Notes under the pieces: model-generated
Databases searched by the model: none
What the model was told of the DNA's origin: nothing
The model's input: only the letters and a program-made list of their open reading frames with translations
Shown here: positions 20,990 to 32,728 of the stretch, one piece after another
How the letters are laid out: every line of letters begins with the position of its first letter
Numbering within the stretch: the first letter of the stretch is position 1
NCBI GenBank assembly: GCA_903897145.1
Contig: CAIUAN010000018.1
Coordinates: 50,889 to 114,888, forward strand
Origin: an uncultured Bacteroidia bacterium
GTDB lineage: Bacteria; Bacteroidota; Bacteroidia; Bacteroidales; Prolixibacteraceae
Direction of reading: 5' to 3'
DNA length: 64,000 bases
Position numbers and translations under genes: made by a program

Positions 20990-21026
20990 CTCCGTGTGCT
21001 TGAATACCACGTAAAAAACAAGAAAT
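20990..21026 (+). promoter_or_regulatory. Candidate preQ1-I riboswitch
   Basis: P1 is CGUG (20993-20996) paired with CACG (21008-21011), closing the 11-nt loop UGCUUGAAUAC. A six-A tail follows. CAAG (21019-21022) is complementary to loop CUUG (20999-21002), forming an H-type pseudoknot. The element ends 4 nt before the yhhQ ATG and is collinear with the B. subtilis and T. tengcongensis aptamers. Confidence 0.6.
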
Positions 21027-21710
21027 ATGAAAACTAGAGTATCTGTCCTATTTATGTTTGCAGGCATCCTGTTTGCAATCTGTTTGTTGATCGCCAACAT
21101 TTTAGCTACAAAAATCATTTTGATTGGTTCTTGGGCTGCTCCTGCTGGAGTGCTGATTTTTCCAATTGCCTATATCCTTAACGATGTCATTGTGGAGGTT
21201 TGGGGTTATGATAAGGCTCGGCTCATTATTTGGGCAGGCTTTGCTGTTAATTTATTAGCTGTCTTATTCTTTTCGTTGGCCATTGTCGTCCCTGCTGCAC
21301 CATTCTGGACGAATCAGGATGCTTTTGCTACCATCTTAGGAAGCACTCCACGTATTATTTTGGCTAGTCTTATGGCCTATTTGATCGGGTCATTTCTTAA
21401 TGCATATGTAATGAGCAAGATGAAGGTTTTGATGAAAGGAAAGGAGTTTTCGGTTCGTGCAATTCTTTCAACATTAGTGGGGGAGACTGCTGATTCGTTA
21501 ATCTTTATTACGATAGCTTTTGCTGGAAATCTGCCTGTTAACGTTTTGTTAATTATGATTCTCACTCAGGCTTGTATCAAGACTGTTTATGAGATTATTG
21601 TCTTGCCGCTTACAATTGTTGTTGTTCGCTGGGTGAAGAAGATTGAAGGGGTTGATTCGTACGATCATCATGTGTCATATAATCCATTTCGGACTAAACA
21701 AGTTGATTAG
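21027..21710 (+). CDS. yhhQ: Queuosine precursor transporter (YhhQ/VUT family)
   Basis: 227 aa membrane protein with YILNDVIVEVWGY and GETADS motifs typical of YhhQ. It is followed by queC and queF. Confidence 0.85.
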   Translation: MKTRVSVLFMFAGILFAICLLIANILATKIILIGSWAAPAGVLIFPIAYILNDVIVEVWGYDKARLIIWAGFAVNLLAVLFFSLAIVVPAAPFWTNQDAFATILGSTPRIILASLMAYLIGSFLNAYVMSKMKVLMKGKEFSVRAILSTLVGETADSLIFITIAFAGNLPVNVLLIMILTQACIKTVYEIIVLPLTIVVVRWVKKIEGVDSYDHHVSYNPFRTKQVD

Positions 21711-21712
21711 CT

Positions 21713-22366
21713 ATGAATAAAGCATTAGTCGTTTATTCCGGTGGTCAAGATTCAACAACTTGTTTATACTGGGCTAAGAAGAATTTTGAATCGGTAGAAG
21801 CAATCGCATTTAATTACGGGCAACGTCATCTTACAGAACTTACAGCTGCCAAAGAAATTGCAGCAAAAGCAGAAGTTTCCTTGACTATTTTTAATCTTGA
21901 TCTGATGAGTGGTGTTTCTCACAACTCATTAACAGATCCCGCGATGACTGTCGAATTATCGGAGGACGATCGACCACCTAACACCTTGGTTGAGGGTCGT
22001 AACATGTTGTTTCTTACGTATGCTGCAGTTTTTGCGAAGACGAAAGAGATAAAAAATATAATTACCGGTGTGGGTCAGGCTGATTTTAGTGGCTATCCCG
22101 ATTGTCGGAATGAATTTATTCTTTCCTTAAATCAGACTCTTAATCTCTCGATGGATTATGAGTATAAAATACATACTCCTTTGATGTGGCTAGACAAGAC
22201 GGCAGTTTGGAAGATGGCTGATGATTTAGCTATTTTTGATTTGGTAAAAGATCAGACCATCACTTGCTACCATGGGATAATTGGTGCAGGTTGCGGTGAG
22301 TGTCCTTCGTGTAAACTTCGAAATAGAGGACTAGTAAACTATTTAAAATCTAAGAATAATGGATGA
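21713..22366 (+). CDS. queC: 7-cyano-7-deazaguanine synthase
   Basis: [14 protein letters not shown]-loop and a C-terminal CGxCxxC zinc cluster. Confidence 0.9.
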   Translation: MNKALVVYSGGQDSTTCLYWAKKNFESVEAIAFNYGQRHLTELTAAKEIAAKAEVSLTIFNLDLMSGVSHNSLTDPAMTVELSEDDRPPNTLVEGRNMLFLTYAAVFAKTKEIKNIITGVGQADFSGYPDCRNEFILSLNQTLNLSMDYEYKIHTPLMWLDKTAVWKMADDLAIFDLVKDQTITCYHGIIGAGCGECPSCKLRNRGLVNYLKSKNNG

Positions 22367-22829
22367 TTTAAAACATTTGGGAAAACAGACGATCTATGAA
22401 TTTGGGTATTCTCCAGCCGTCCTTGAATCTTTTGAGAATAAGCATTCAGGCAATGATTATTTCGTGAAATTTAATTGTCCTGAATTTACTTCGCTGTGTC
22501 CGATTACAGGTCAGCCTGACTTTGCAGCGATTTATATCAGCTATATTCCCGACATCAAAATGGTTGAGAGTAAAAGTCTGAAGCTTTATCTATTTAGCTT
22601 TCGCAATCACGGCGCCTTTCATGAAGACTGTGTTAACCAAATCATGAAAGATTTAATCGCCTTAATGGATCCTCGTTATATTGAGGTCTGGGGTAAGTTT
22701 ACTCCCCGCGGAGGCATAAGCATTGATCCATATTGCAATTATGGCAAACCTAAAACAAAATTTGAAGAGATGGCTCAATTTCGTTTGATGAACCACGATC
22801 TATCACCTGAGAAAATAGACAATCGGTAA
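22359..22829 (+). CDS. queF: NADPH-dependent 7-cyano-7-deazaguanine reductase (type I)
   Basis: [14 protein letters not shown] catalytic Cys motif and FHE motif; 156 aa. It overlaps queC by 8 nt. Confidence 0.9.
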   Translation: MDDLKHLGKQTIYEFGYSPAVLESFENKHSGNDYFVKFNCPEFTSLCPITGQPDFAAIYISYIPDIKMVESKSLKLYLFSFRNHGAFHEDCVNQIMKDLIALMDPRYIEVWGKFTPRGGISIDPYCNYGKPKTKFEEMAQFRLMNHDLSPEKIDNR

Positions 22830-22864
22830 TCTGATCGTTTAAGCGATTTGCGATATACGATAAT

Positions 22865-22897
22865 AAAAAAAGGTGCCCCATTGGAGCACCTTTTTTT
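22865..22897. terminator. Bidirectional intrinsic terminator
   Basis: AAAAAAAGGTGC-CCCATTGGA-GCACCTTTTTTT between convergent queF and eno. Confidence 0.7.
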
Positions 22898-22912
22898 ATA
22901 TGATAGCTATAA

Positions 22913-24226
<1,314 letters not shown>

Positions 24227-24430
24227 TTATTTTATTAAACAATAATATTCATTTGAGCCGATCGTATTAACTATGAAAGGTATACAAAATCGTAAAAACC
24301 GCACAAAGATAATCATTCATCTTTTGATCTGAAATAAAATTTAGAATCAACTGTTAAGAGGAGGTTAAATTTCGAAGCAATCAGCTCTATTATGTTAAGC
24401 CTGTATGGAATTTATTGATCTTACAAATGA

Positions 24431-25729
24431 CTATTTTTCTTGTTCTATTTTCTTTTGGATCTTCTTTATGGCATTACTTATTGGCTTTTCGGGCTCAATG
24501 ACGTTGTATTCGCCCCAGAAACTTCTATCTGCAAAGCCAGATATTTGATCACTTAAAATCGCATTTGGTTTTATCTTATCGACTAATGGCATATCAATAG
24601 CCGTATCCGCTTTCCAATCGGTGATAGCCATCTCGATGGTGGATTCATAATTAGAATTAAACAAGCGTCTTTTCCAATCTATTTTAAACATGATATGTCC
24701 TCTGGCATAGCTAAGATGCCATTTCCCATTTTTTTCACGGTAATCGATATGATAGCTCGCTAAGGTTGGATAGACACTTGAGCTTTGGGGTTTCCTTTTG
24801 ATGAACATCTCAGAAGCCAGAACTTTGTTCGCGATGTTTAAGTTGAAAGTTGCACTGGTGATCGCATAACTCTCTGTATCGATATATAATTTCCCAAAAT
24901 ACAGCGGATCGGAGGTGAAGGAGTGCTGCTTGAATGATAAAACATAGATAAGTCGATCATTTATTTTTGTCATATTGTCAAGTTTAAACTCATAATTGCC
25001 AAGCATATCCTCCGTAAAGATTAGTTCAGGATATTTCATAATGTCAAGGTAGATGGCACTGAAGGGACCTCCTTGCAGTTTGAATTCTAAGGTATCTAGC
25101 TTCGTATAATCTGTGCTTTTTCTGGCTTTATAAAGCTGAATAGCATCCTCTTTTATCGATGAATAGGGCTGTTTCGAAAGCTGAATAACAGCCTCCGCTA
25201 ATGAAACATACGTTTTTCTTTTTTTGATTGTTTCGCGGTAAAAAGTAATCATCTCTGTCGGCACGTCTAGGTAGTTCTTGACTCTGTTGTGCATCGCCGT
25301 TCTGATGATTAGCTCAGGACTTTCAGGTGTGATCTTAATCTCATGCAGCGTAATGATCATCGGTTCGAGTTCTATTTTTATCTTTTCGTTTTTGAAAAAG
25401 TCAAGATCAATTAGTTTGTCTTTGTAGCCAATAAAGGAGATTGTAATCGAATTTTTTCGCGTTGACTTAGGGATCTTCAATAAAAATTCACCCTCGGAAT
25501 TAGTTACAGTAGCGATGTTGCTTCCATCGACCGATACTGAAGCATAGGCCAACGGCTCTTTTGAAAGATGGTCGATGACCGAGCTCTTAAACTGATAATA
25601 GGTCAGTGTGTCTGTTGCCTGAGCGCGATCTTTAGTGCTGTGATCGTTTGTAGCTTCGGTATTTGTGCAAAAGATGAATAGCTCTAATAGAAGCAATAGT
25701 GTTGTGAAGCACGAATAGTTCTTTGTCAT
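24431..25729 (-). CDS. Secreted carboxypeptidase-regulatory-like domain protein, function unknown
   Basis: Signal peptide followed by a CarboxypepD_reg-like segment (ASVSVDGSNIATVTNSEGEFLLKIP). The rest is unrecognised. Confidence 0.5.
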   Translation of the reverse strand: MTKNYSCFTTLLLLLELFIFCTNTEATNDHSTKDRAQATDTLTYYQFKSSVIDHLSKEPLAYASVSVDGSNIATVTNSEGEFLLKIPKSTRKNSITISFIGYKDKLIDLDFFKNEKIKIELEPMIITLHEIKITPESPELIIRTAMHNRVKNYLDVPTEMITFYRETIKKRKTYVSLAEAVIQLSKQPYSSIKEDAIQLYKARKSTDYTKLDTLEFKLQGGPFSAIYLDIMKYPELIFTEDMLGNYEFKLDNMTKINDRLIYVLSFKQHSFTSDPLYFGKLYIDTESYAITSATFNLNIANKVLASEMFIKRKPQSSSVYPTLASYHIDYREKNGKWHLSYARGHIMFKIDWKRRLFNSNYESTIEMAITDWKADTAIDMPLVDKIKPNAILSDQISGFADRSFWGEYNVIEPEKPISNAIKKIQKKIEQEK

Positions 25730-25937
25730 ATCTTTTAGTTTAAATTATCGGATGTTTCTTTCGAAACTTACTTTGCTAAAAGTGTATTGTGTTTCTTGCG
25801 ATATGGTTTTATTATAGCTATTTTGTGACTCAATTTCAAAAAAATTTAACTTGCTTTAAAACTTCGTTTGACGTTTTAATTGGGTCATCTAAAGTTAACA
25901 AAAAAGGATTGCTTCGTAACTGATTTATATCTTATAA

Positions 25938-27380
25938 ATGAGAAGAATTTTAATATATATTTTCTTAATCGTTTGTGGTCTAACCGCTTTGGGTTCTTCC
26001 AAGAAAGGATCGGCAGCTAAATTAATAGATCATGCAAGTTATGGCGCATATGCCTTAAATGCCGAAACAGGAGAGGTTGTTAGTCAAACTTCGCAGGTTA
26101 GCTTGGTCCCTGCTTCAGTGATGAAGATTATTACAACGGCTACGGCTCTTCAGATTCTAGGTCCTGATTTCACTTTTCATACCCGATTGGGATATTCTGG
26201 AAAAGTTGATCGGCAAAATGAAACTTTAACAGGAAATCTAATACTAAAAGGGGGGTGTGATCCGGCATTTTATTCGGAGTATTTTACAGATCATTACAGG
26301 GGAACTTTCGAGCAATGGGCTAAGGCTATCGCTGATGGGGGCATGAAAAATATCACCGGAGATTTAATTGTAGACCTATCTGCGCTGGAAGGTCCGATGG
26401 TGCCAGGCGGTTGGCTTTGGGAAGATATTGGAAATTATTACGGCGCTCCAGTTTCGGCTTTGAGTTATCTCGATAATACTTACTCTATCCACCTTTCTAC
26501 ATCACATGAGATAGGTAGCCCGGCTCAGGTTTTAAGCACAACACCTCAAATTGAAAACCTGTTACTCAGCAACCAGGTGCACTCAAGTATCGAGAATGGA
26601 GATCATACCTTGGTGTTTGGGGCTCCTGGATCAACGGATCAGGTTATTGAGGGGACGATCCCCATTGATCAGCACGATTTTTCTGTCAAAGCTGCTATGC
26701 CAAATCCTTCCCGACAAGCCGCACTTGAATTTATACGTATTTTAAAGTCACAAGGGGTTACCCTAGCAGGGACTGTCGTATTAAAAAATCAAGATATTTC
26801 GTCTGAAATGGTTGTGGTTGCGGATAAACTTTCACCTCCATTAAAACAGCTAATGATTCCATTGAATCAAGAGAGTATTAACCTATTTGCCGAACATCTC
26901 TTGCGTGAGATTGGACGCAAACAAAAGGGATCCTCTACATTGACGAAGAGTTTGGAGGCTGTGCGTGAGTTTTGGACTGATCGGAAAATTTCTCTCGATG
27001 GATTTTATCAAACCGATGGGAGCGGATTGTCCCGCTCAAATGGCATCTGTCCTCGCACTTTAGTCGAAATATTGCGTTTCATGTATGCCGATCCTAATCG
27101 AACCATATTTTTCAATTCACTTCCTCTTGCGGGTCAAAGTGGAACGTTGAAAAACTCATTTGTAAGTAGCCCACTAAAACTTAATCTTCAAGCCAAAACA
27201 GGTTCAATGACCCGAGTTAGAAGTTTAGCTGGCTTGTTTGCTGCAAAATCTGGCGAGAAGATAATTTTTGCAGTGATGCTGAATAATTTCCAAGGTTCTC
27301 AAGCAAATGCTGGGCACCTATTTGAAGATCAACTTAACCGTTGGTTTAATGGGGAGAAATTAAAGGTCGAATCCAAATAA
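25938..27380 (+). CDS. dacB: D-alanyl-D-alanine carboxypeptidase/endopeptidase (PBP4, peptidase S13)
   Basis: SVMK (SxxK) active site, DGSGLSR and KTGS motifs; 480 aa. Confidence 0.85.
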   Translation: MRRILIYIFLIVCGLTALGSSKKGSAAKLIDHASYGAYALNAETGEVVSQTSQVSLVPASVMKIITTATALQILGPDFTFHTRLGYSGKVDRQNETLTGNLILKGGCDPAFYSEYFTDHYRGTFEQWAKAIADGGMKNITGDLIVDLSALEGPMVPGGWLWEDIGNYYGAPVSALSYLDNTYSIHLSTSHEIGSPAQVLSTTPQIENLLLSNQVHSSIENGDHTLVFGAPGSTDQVIEGTIPIDQHDFSVKAAMPNPSRQAALEFIRILKSQGVTLAGTVVLKNQDISSEMVVVADKLSPPLKQLMIPLNQESINLFAEHLLREIGRKQKGSSTLTKSLEAVREFWTDRKISLDGFYQTDGSGLSRSNGICPRTLVEILRFMYADPNRTIFFNSLPLAGQSGTLKNSFVSSPLKLNLQAKTGSMTRVRSLAGLFAAKSGEKIIFAVMLNNFQGSQANAGHLFEDQLNRWFNGEKLKVESK

Positions 27381-27383
27381 AAC

Positions 27384-28220
27384 CTAAGATTCCGGTTGTC
27401 CTTTAGTCTTTTTGGCTTTGCTACCAAACCGATATCCGAAAATAAGTTTCATAATAAAGCCATCTGTCGATTGAGTTAGACCCCATCCTGTTCCAAGATT
27501 AAATTCCCAGTCGGGGTGCAGATCTAAGTCTAAAGCGGCATAAATGGCATGGCTTTGCTCTTTAACTGGAGTCTTACTGCCAATGGGACCCATGGAACCA
27601 TAATATTCAGCTCCTAAATCAACCTTTGGACTTAAATGAACGGCTACCTTACAGCTAGGGGCAAAATCGAAATTTTCACCCTGATTTAATCCTCTGAATG
27701 ATTTGCCTAATACAGGATTAAAAGAGATGTAAAAACTTTTGAAATCTTTATCAAAGATTGGTCTAATCTCAGTTGTCCAGGTATCTGCTGAGTATTCTCT
27801 TCGTTGATATCCTATTTCGGTGGACAAACTAATGCCCAAAGGCCAATTCCACTCTTTTGGGATGCTAATTCGAGGCCGTATATGCGTTCCAACCCATTGT
27901 GCACCAAACCCACTCTGAATATTTATAAATTGATAAAATCCAACTTCAAAATTTGAGGTAAAGCCATGCGTAATCTCAAATGTTTCACGAAAGGCTTTTT
28001 GCGTGGGCCGAACACCATCTATTATTCCTCTACCCTTAAACGAAGTATTACTGTGCAGCTCAACCATGGTAAAGCCTTTTTCTATCGTCTGCGAAGGATA
28101 GACTTGAATCTCATAATCCTCTTGTGCAAAACTTCGGGATGGGGCGATTACGAACAAAAGAGCGATTAGTAAAATTGAAAATGGAAAGAAGAGAGCTGAA
28201 TTCAGTTGTTTTATTGTCAT
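27384..28220 (-). CDS. Putative outer-membrane beta-barrel protein
   Basis: The ORF in the track extends to 28310. The Met at 28220 gives a clean signal peptide (MTIKQLNSALFFPFSILLIALLFVIAPSRSFAQ). The sequence has an alternating aromatic/Gly-rich beta-strand character. Confidence 0.4.
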   Translation of the reverse strand: MTIKQLNSALFFPFSILLIALLFVIAPSRSFAQEDYEIQVYPSQTIEKGFTMVELHSNTSFKGRGIIDGVRPTQKAFRETFEITHGFTSNFEVGFYQFINIQSGFGAQWVGTHIRPRISIPKEWNWPLGISLSTEIGYQRREYSADTWTTEIRPIFDKDFKSFYISFNPVLGKSFRGLNQGENFDFAPSCKVAVHLSPKVDLGAEYYGSMGPIGSKTPVKEQSHAIYAALDLDLHPDWEFNLGTGWGLTQSTDGFIMKLIFGYRFGSKAKKTKGQPES

Positions 28221-28363
28221 TGTAGAAAGCACAATATAGCGTGTTGAACTAATTAAAATTGAATCTGCAACAAAGATAAGTAATCTTATTTTTACTGCGT
28301 TTGTTTTCAAAGTGTATCTTTGGATTTTTGATTTTAAGATCTTAGCGACGCAATATTTACCCT

Positions 28364-29425
28364 ATGGTTGATTTTCTTATCGTTGGACAAGGTTTAGCAG
28401 GCAGTTTACTTGCCTGGGAACTTATGCAGCGAGGTGCTAAGGTGTTATTAGTTGATAACGGTATGCCGAATGCCTCCCAGGTGGCCGCGGGCTTGATTAA
28501 TCCCATTACAGGTATGCGTTTTGTTAAAACAACCGACGTGGATGTTTTACTCCCTGCTGCCAAAGCTCATTATTCACATTTAGAACAGACTTTTGGACAG
28601 ACGTTTTATGTTGAGAAGCCAATGGTGAGAATTTTAAAAGATAAGTTAGAGATCGAAAATGTCACCAAACGTTTTGATGATATTGCCTATAGCTCTTACA
28701 TCAAAGAAGGTCTTGTGCAAATCGAATCTTCTGGCAGTCTGAATGCTCCATTAGGTGTTGTAGAGCAAGAGCAAACCGGTTACTTGTTAACTCAGCCTCT
28801 GCTGGAGTGCTTGAAAGCTTTTTTTATTGATAAAGGGGTTTATTTAAAAGCTGATTTTGACATCGATCAGCTTCAATTAGAACCAACTTTGCGCTGGAAA
28901 GATATTGAGGCCAAAAAAATTATTTTTTGCGAGGGGTATCAGGCGATTCAGAATCCTTGGTTCTCTTGGCTTCCCTTTCAGCCAGTGAAAGGTGAGATTA
29001 TAACAGTTGAACATTCACATCAGCTGGCCGATAAAATGCTAAATTTTGGAAATTGGCTTATCCCCTTAAATGATCATCAAGCTCGAATAGGTGCAACTTT
29101 TGATCGCGAAAATCTCAACGCTATTCCAACGGTTTCAGCTAGAGATGAGTTGTTTTCTGCAATTAATCAATTAATGACTGTCCCATTCGAGTCACGCGTT
29201 ATACGTCATGAAGCAAATGTTCGGCCTACCACGCTTGATCGTAACCCATATCTTGGACTCCATCCTGAAAATAATAAAATTGCGATTTTTAACGGCTTTG
29301 GATCAAAAGGGAGTCTGCAAATACCATGGTACAGTCAACACTTTGCTGATTTTTTACTTGAATCAGCTCCGCTTAAACCCTCTTGTGACATTAAACGACA
29401 TATCAAGAAATTCTTTGTGGGATAA
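28364..29425 (+). CDS. FAD-dependent oxidoreductase (DAO family)
   Basis: N-terminal dinucleotide-binding motif DFLIVGQGLAGSLLAWEL; 353 aa. Confidence 0.75.
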   Translation: MVDFLIVGQGLAGSLLAWELMQRGAKVLLVDNGMPNASQVAAGLINPITGMRFVKTTDVDVLLPAAKAHYSHLEQTFGQTFYVEKPMVRILKDKLEIENVTKRFDDIAYSSYIKEGLVQIESSGSLNAPLGVVEQEQTGYLLTQPLLECLKAFFIDKGVYLKADFDIDQLQLEPTLRWKDIEAKKIIFCEGYQAIQNPWFSWLPFQPVKGEIITVEHSHQLADKMLNFGNWLIPLNDHQARIGATFDRENLNAIPTVSARDELFSAINQLMTVPFESRVIRHEANVRPTTLDRNPYLGLHPENNKIAIFNGFGSKGSLQIPWYSQHFADFLLESAPLKPSCDIKRHIKKFFVG

Positions 29426-29465
29426 TGGATTAAAGGCAGACGACACTCTAAATGTCGAGCTCGAA

Positions 29466-31019
29466 TTACCAGCTTATTGGAAAATAATCTTTTAGAAATT
29501 GGCCACTCCAATGTTTGCCTGTATTAATGCCGTCGATGAATGGATCGCATACCCGTGCAGCACCATCTACGATATCGAGAGGTGGTTGGAAATCATGAAT
29601 CTCTTGCTTATGTTTTGATAGTTCGATCGGATCTTCATCGGTCACCCAACCTGTATCTACCGCATTCATATATATGCCATGTTTTGCTAAATCACTTGCG
29701 GCAGTATGGGTGAGCATATTGAGAGCTGCCTTTGCCATATTGGTATGCGGATGACGATCGGCTTTTGTGAAGGTATGAAACTTACCTTCCATCGCTGATA
29801 CGTTAACCACATGTTTCTTCCCTGTAAAATCTTTTTTCATCAAGGCGGTAAGCCTGTTGCAAAGCACAAAGGGGGCAACGGCGTTCACAAGCTGAACCTC
29901 TACCATCTCAAGCGTTTCAATCTCTCCAAGTTTCAATCTCCAGCTGTTTGTTTTGCGTAAGTCAACTTGCTGAAGATCGGCATCTAATTTTCCTTCTGGA
30001 AAAACCTCTCTGGCCTCAATGGAATTATCAAATTTATAAGGTACCTGCGAAAGTTGTGCCGAAGCTCGAATACCAATTCCAGGCTTTTGTCCACTCCAAG
30101 TTACAGCAACTGATTTTTGCGATGAAGCCTCTGAATGGTCAAAATTTTCAAGCTCTTTCAGACATTGTTGGTGGTGATTGAGTAAGAGCTGAACTTCTTT
30201 TGAATGTTCGTGATGGGGGAGAAGCTCATTGGCCATCAGGTGAGTATAGAATCCCGATGGTCTGCGCACAGTCTGAGCTGCATTGTTAATTAATAAATCG
30301 AGTCTCTCATAGTTTTGTTCCACATAGGTTGCAAATAATTCCACGCTAGGGATATGTCTCAGATCAAGACCATAGATATGCAGACGATTTCCCCAAGTGG
30401 TAAAGTCTTTTTCTTTTGCAAACCGAATGGCCGAGTCTGCAGGGAATCGCGTTGTCGCAATCACGGTAGCTCCTGAACGAAGTAACATTAAGGTGGCATG
30501 ATAGCCAATCTTTAGCCTTGAACCAGTGATCAAAGCAATCTGACCAGTTAGATCGCAGGTTTGAAATCGTTTCATGTAGTTTAAATCACCACATGAAGTG
30601 CACATCGCATCGTAGAAATGATGAATCTCGGTATACAGTTTCTTGCAAACGTAACAGTTTTGGGCCGATGACAAGAATTTCTTATCTTTTGTGGCATTTG
30701 ATTCGGGAAGCGCCATTTGTGATGGGGCTTCAAAGATCGCTGCTGTTCGAGCACTACGAATACTTGTGGAGGCCTTCGCTAGTTTATTCTGTTCGATCTC
30801 TGCCTTTCTTCTAGCGACTTTTACACTCTTATTCCGTTTGTAAATTTCAACTTTGTCTGGACGTGTGAGCTGCCCAGCTGACTTCATTAGTCGTAAGATC
30901 TGCTCTTTAGATAGATGCACGAGTTGATCGCCATTTTCCAACAAGTGTTCCAAGACCGATATGCAATTATCGACCTCGATGTTTGTTAATTTCTTTGACT
31001 GTTCTTCGTGATGCTCCAT
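29466..31019 (-). CDS. SDR family oxidoreductase with ~170-aa N-terminal extension containing a CxxC...CxxC zinc-ribbon-like motif
   Basis: Rossmann motif [17 protein letters not shown] motif and downstream catalytic-type residues. The N-terminal extension contains [24 protein letters not shown]. Confidence 0.65.
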   Translation of the reverse strand: MEHHEEQSKKLTNIEVDNCISVLEHLLENGDQLVHLSKEQILRLMKSAGQLTRPDKVEIYKRNKSVKVARRKAEIEQNKLAKASTSIRSARTAAIFEAPSQMALPESNATKDKKFLSSAQNCYVCKKLYTEIHHFYDAMCTSCGDLNYMKRFQTCDLTGQIALITGSRLKIGYHATLMLLRSGATVIATTRFPADSAIRFAKEKDFTTWGNRLHIYGLDLRHIPSVELFATYVEQNYERLDLLINNAAQTVRRPSGFYTHLMANELLPHHEHSKEVQLLLNHHQQCLKELENFDHSEASSQKSVAVTWSGQKPGIGIRASAQLSQVPYKFDNSIEAREVFPEGKLDADLQQVDLRKTNSWRLKLGEIETLEMVEVQLVNAVAPFVLCNRLTALMKKDFTGKKHVVNVSAMEGKFHTFTKADRHPHTNMAKAALNMLTHTAASDLAKHGIYMNAVDTGWVTDEDPIELSKHKQEIHDFQPPLDIVDGAARVCDPFIDGINTGKHWSGQFLKDYFPISW

Positions 31020-31083
31020 CGTATCTTTTGCACGTTCTTAAGTCGCAAAGATAAGTATGTTTCGGATTTGACTTCGAATTTTA

Positions 31084-32091
31084 TTACTCAACTTTTTTTC
31101 GAATCAGCACAAGGTTATCTAAAAGTAAATTTGTCGACCATATAAAACTTGCATTGTTGCTGCTATTGTCAAAAATATCTGCAAAATTTGTATACGATGG
31201 TTTTCCTATAACACCGACTGTTTCGTTGGTGAATGTTGTTGCTGATGGCCACAATGTGTCATCGAATGAGGTACTAAACCAGTTTGCCGGCAGACTCCAA
31301 TGGGCTCCATAACTGGTTGTTGAAGCTGTTGAGGTTGAACAAGTATTCGAATAACGATAGTTTCCAGATTCAACTAGGCAGGATAAATCGGAGATAGGTG
31401 AAATGTAATAGGTTTGTGCTTTCCAAGTGTTATTGGTCGTAGTTTCTATTGTTCCTGCTCCATTTTTTATCACCGCCACAAATCCTCCATCGCCAATATG
31501 ATTGGCTGTAGAGCCTTGCATTTCGGTCCCCAGACCTAGATTCTCTTCCCAGTCAACACATTTAACCGCGATCGTAAATGGTTTCTTTGCCTTAAAACGT
31601 ATGATAGAAGCATTAAAGTCTGTATATGGAATGGCATCTTTACCCACTGGTGTGCCATTGACATACATCTCAAAATAATTGTCGCAAAATACGTAGGCCG
31701 TGTAGATTTCACCTGTGTTGTCTATCGTAATAACATCTGTTCCATTTAATGCTGCAGTGGCACTCGAGGCTGTGCCATATGAATGTCCTGAAACATAACT
31801 GTTGTATAAGTCTGAAGCAAAAGGAAAGGACGAATTTGTAAAGTTTACCTCCGCTGGTACGGTCCAAATTTTAGCATCTTTCGACGTTATAGTGCCTAGC
31901 CCAGCTAGTCGCATACCCGCAGTGAAAAGATTGGATGTTGTAGTTGTTGCCTTCCCCTGTGTAATCGATGCAGTTCCTGAATAAGTGGTGCTCGCAGATC
32001 CTGTTGTATCTTCTATCGTTGTTTTTTTACATTGACAAAACCCAACTGTCAATAAAACAAAGAACAGGCTAAAGTTGAATATTTTTTTCAT
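31084..32091 (-). CDS. Hypothetical secreted/lipoprotein
   Basis: Signal peptide and a Cys-containing lipobox-like region (TVGFCQC), then a Thr/Ser-rich mature N-terminus. No recognisable catalytic motif. Confidence 0.4.
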   Translation of the reverse strand: MKKIFNFSLFFVLLTVGFCQCKKTTIEDTTGSASTTYSGTASITQGKATTTTSNLFTAGMRLAGLGTITSKDAKIWTVPAEVNFTNSSFPFASDLYNSYVSGHSYGTASSATAALNGTDVITIDNTGEIYTAYVFCDNYFEMYVNGTPVGKDAIPYTDFNASIIRFKAKKPFTIAVKCVDWEENLGLGTEMQGSTANHIGDGGFVAVIKNGAGTIETTTNNTWKAQTYYISPISDLSCLVESGNYRYSNTCSTSTASTTSYGAHWSLPANWFSTSFDDTLWPSATTFTNETVGVIGKPSYTNFADIFDNSSNNASFIWSTNLLLDNLVLIRKKVE

Positions 32092-32103
32092 GATAACTAA
32101 AGG

Positions 32104-32697
32104 TTAAGGTGTTACAGCATTAAAAACAAGCGTTGCCTTGTCTATGATCGTTACAGTAGATAGGGCATTCACTAGAGTACTATAGGTGACATTCATTGAA
32201 TTTTGTTTTGGCAATGATGCATGTGTTGCTGATAGCGCATAAATAGTTATCGTATATTGATGCGTCCCAGCCCCAGCTGAACAAGGGGAAGTATATGAAA
32301 TGGTATTCAAATCCTTGTTCGGGCCCATAAACCAAGGTCCTTCATCAGCTTTCCCATAGGCTATGCTTGTAACTGATTTATCGATACCCCAAAGCTCTAG
32401 GTAGCTACTGATATTTGTCAGATCATTTGGATTGGGATAATGTATCATCGTTATCGCAAAAGCATTGGCAGTTGCTGGGGCATTTGACCAGGCCAATGGA
32501 ATAGAGTTCTCAGCACCATTCACTTTGGTTTCACATTTATATGCATTTAAAAGAAGTCCATTTGCGACGGCTATACTGGTCAAAGTGAATTTTGATCCAG
32601 TGGTTGTTGTCGTGGTCGTTGTTGTGCTCTCTTTTTTGCAATTAGCAAGGGACCATAAGCAAATCAGTACGAGTGGAAATATCTTACGTGTATTCAT
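32104..32697 (-). CDS. YbhB/YbcL (PEBP/Raf-kinase-inhibitor-like) family lipoprotein
   Basis: The start is re-assigned to the Met at 32697 (MNTRKIFPLVLICLWSLANC lipobox) to remove the overlap with the upstream gene. It has a poly-Thr linker and a PEBP-like IPLAWSNAPATANAFAITMIH segment. Confidence 0.65.
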   Translation of the reverse strand: MNTRKIFPLVLICLWSLANCKKESTTTTTTTTTGSKFTLTSIAVANGLLLNAYKCETKVNGAENSIPLAWSNAPATANAFAITMIHYPNPNDLTNISSYLELWGIDKSVTSIAYGKADEGPWFMGPNKDLNTISYTSPCSAGAGTHQYTITIYALSATHASLPKQNSMNVTYSTLVNALSTVTIIDKATLVFNAVTP

Positions 32698-32728
32698 AAT
32701 TATAATTTTTTCTTGAGAATTTATTGAT

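Noticed and set aside
32560-32625. Repetitive ACN-rich DNA encoding TTTTTTTTT in the PEBP lipoprotein
   Set aside because: It is a low-complexity Thr linker after the lipobox, common in Bacteroidota lipoproteins. It is an imperfect codon repeat, not a clean tandem repeat suggesting phase variation.
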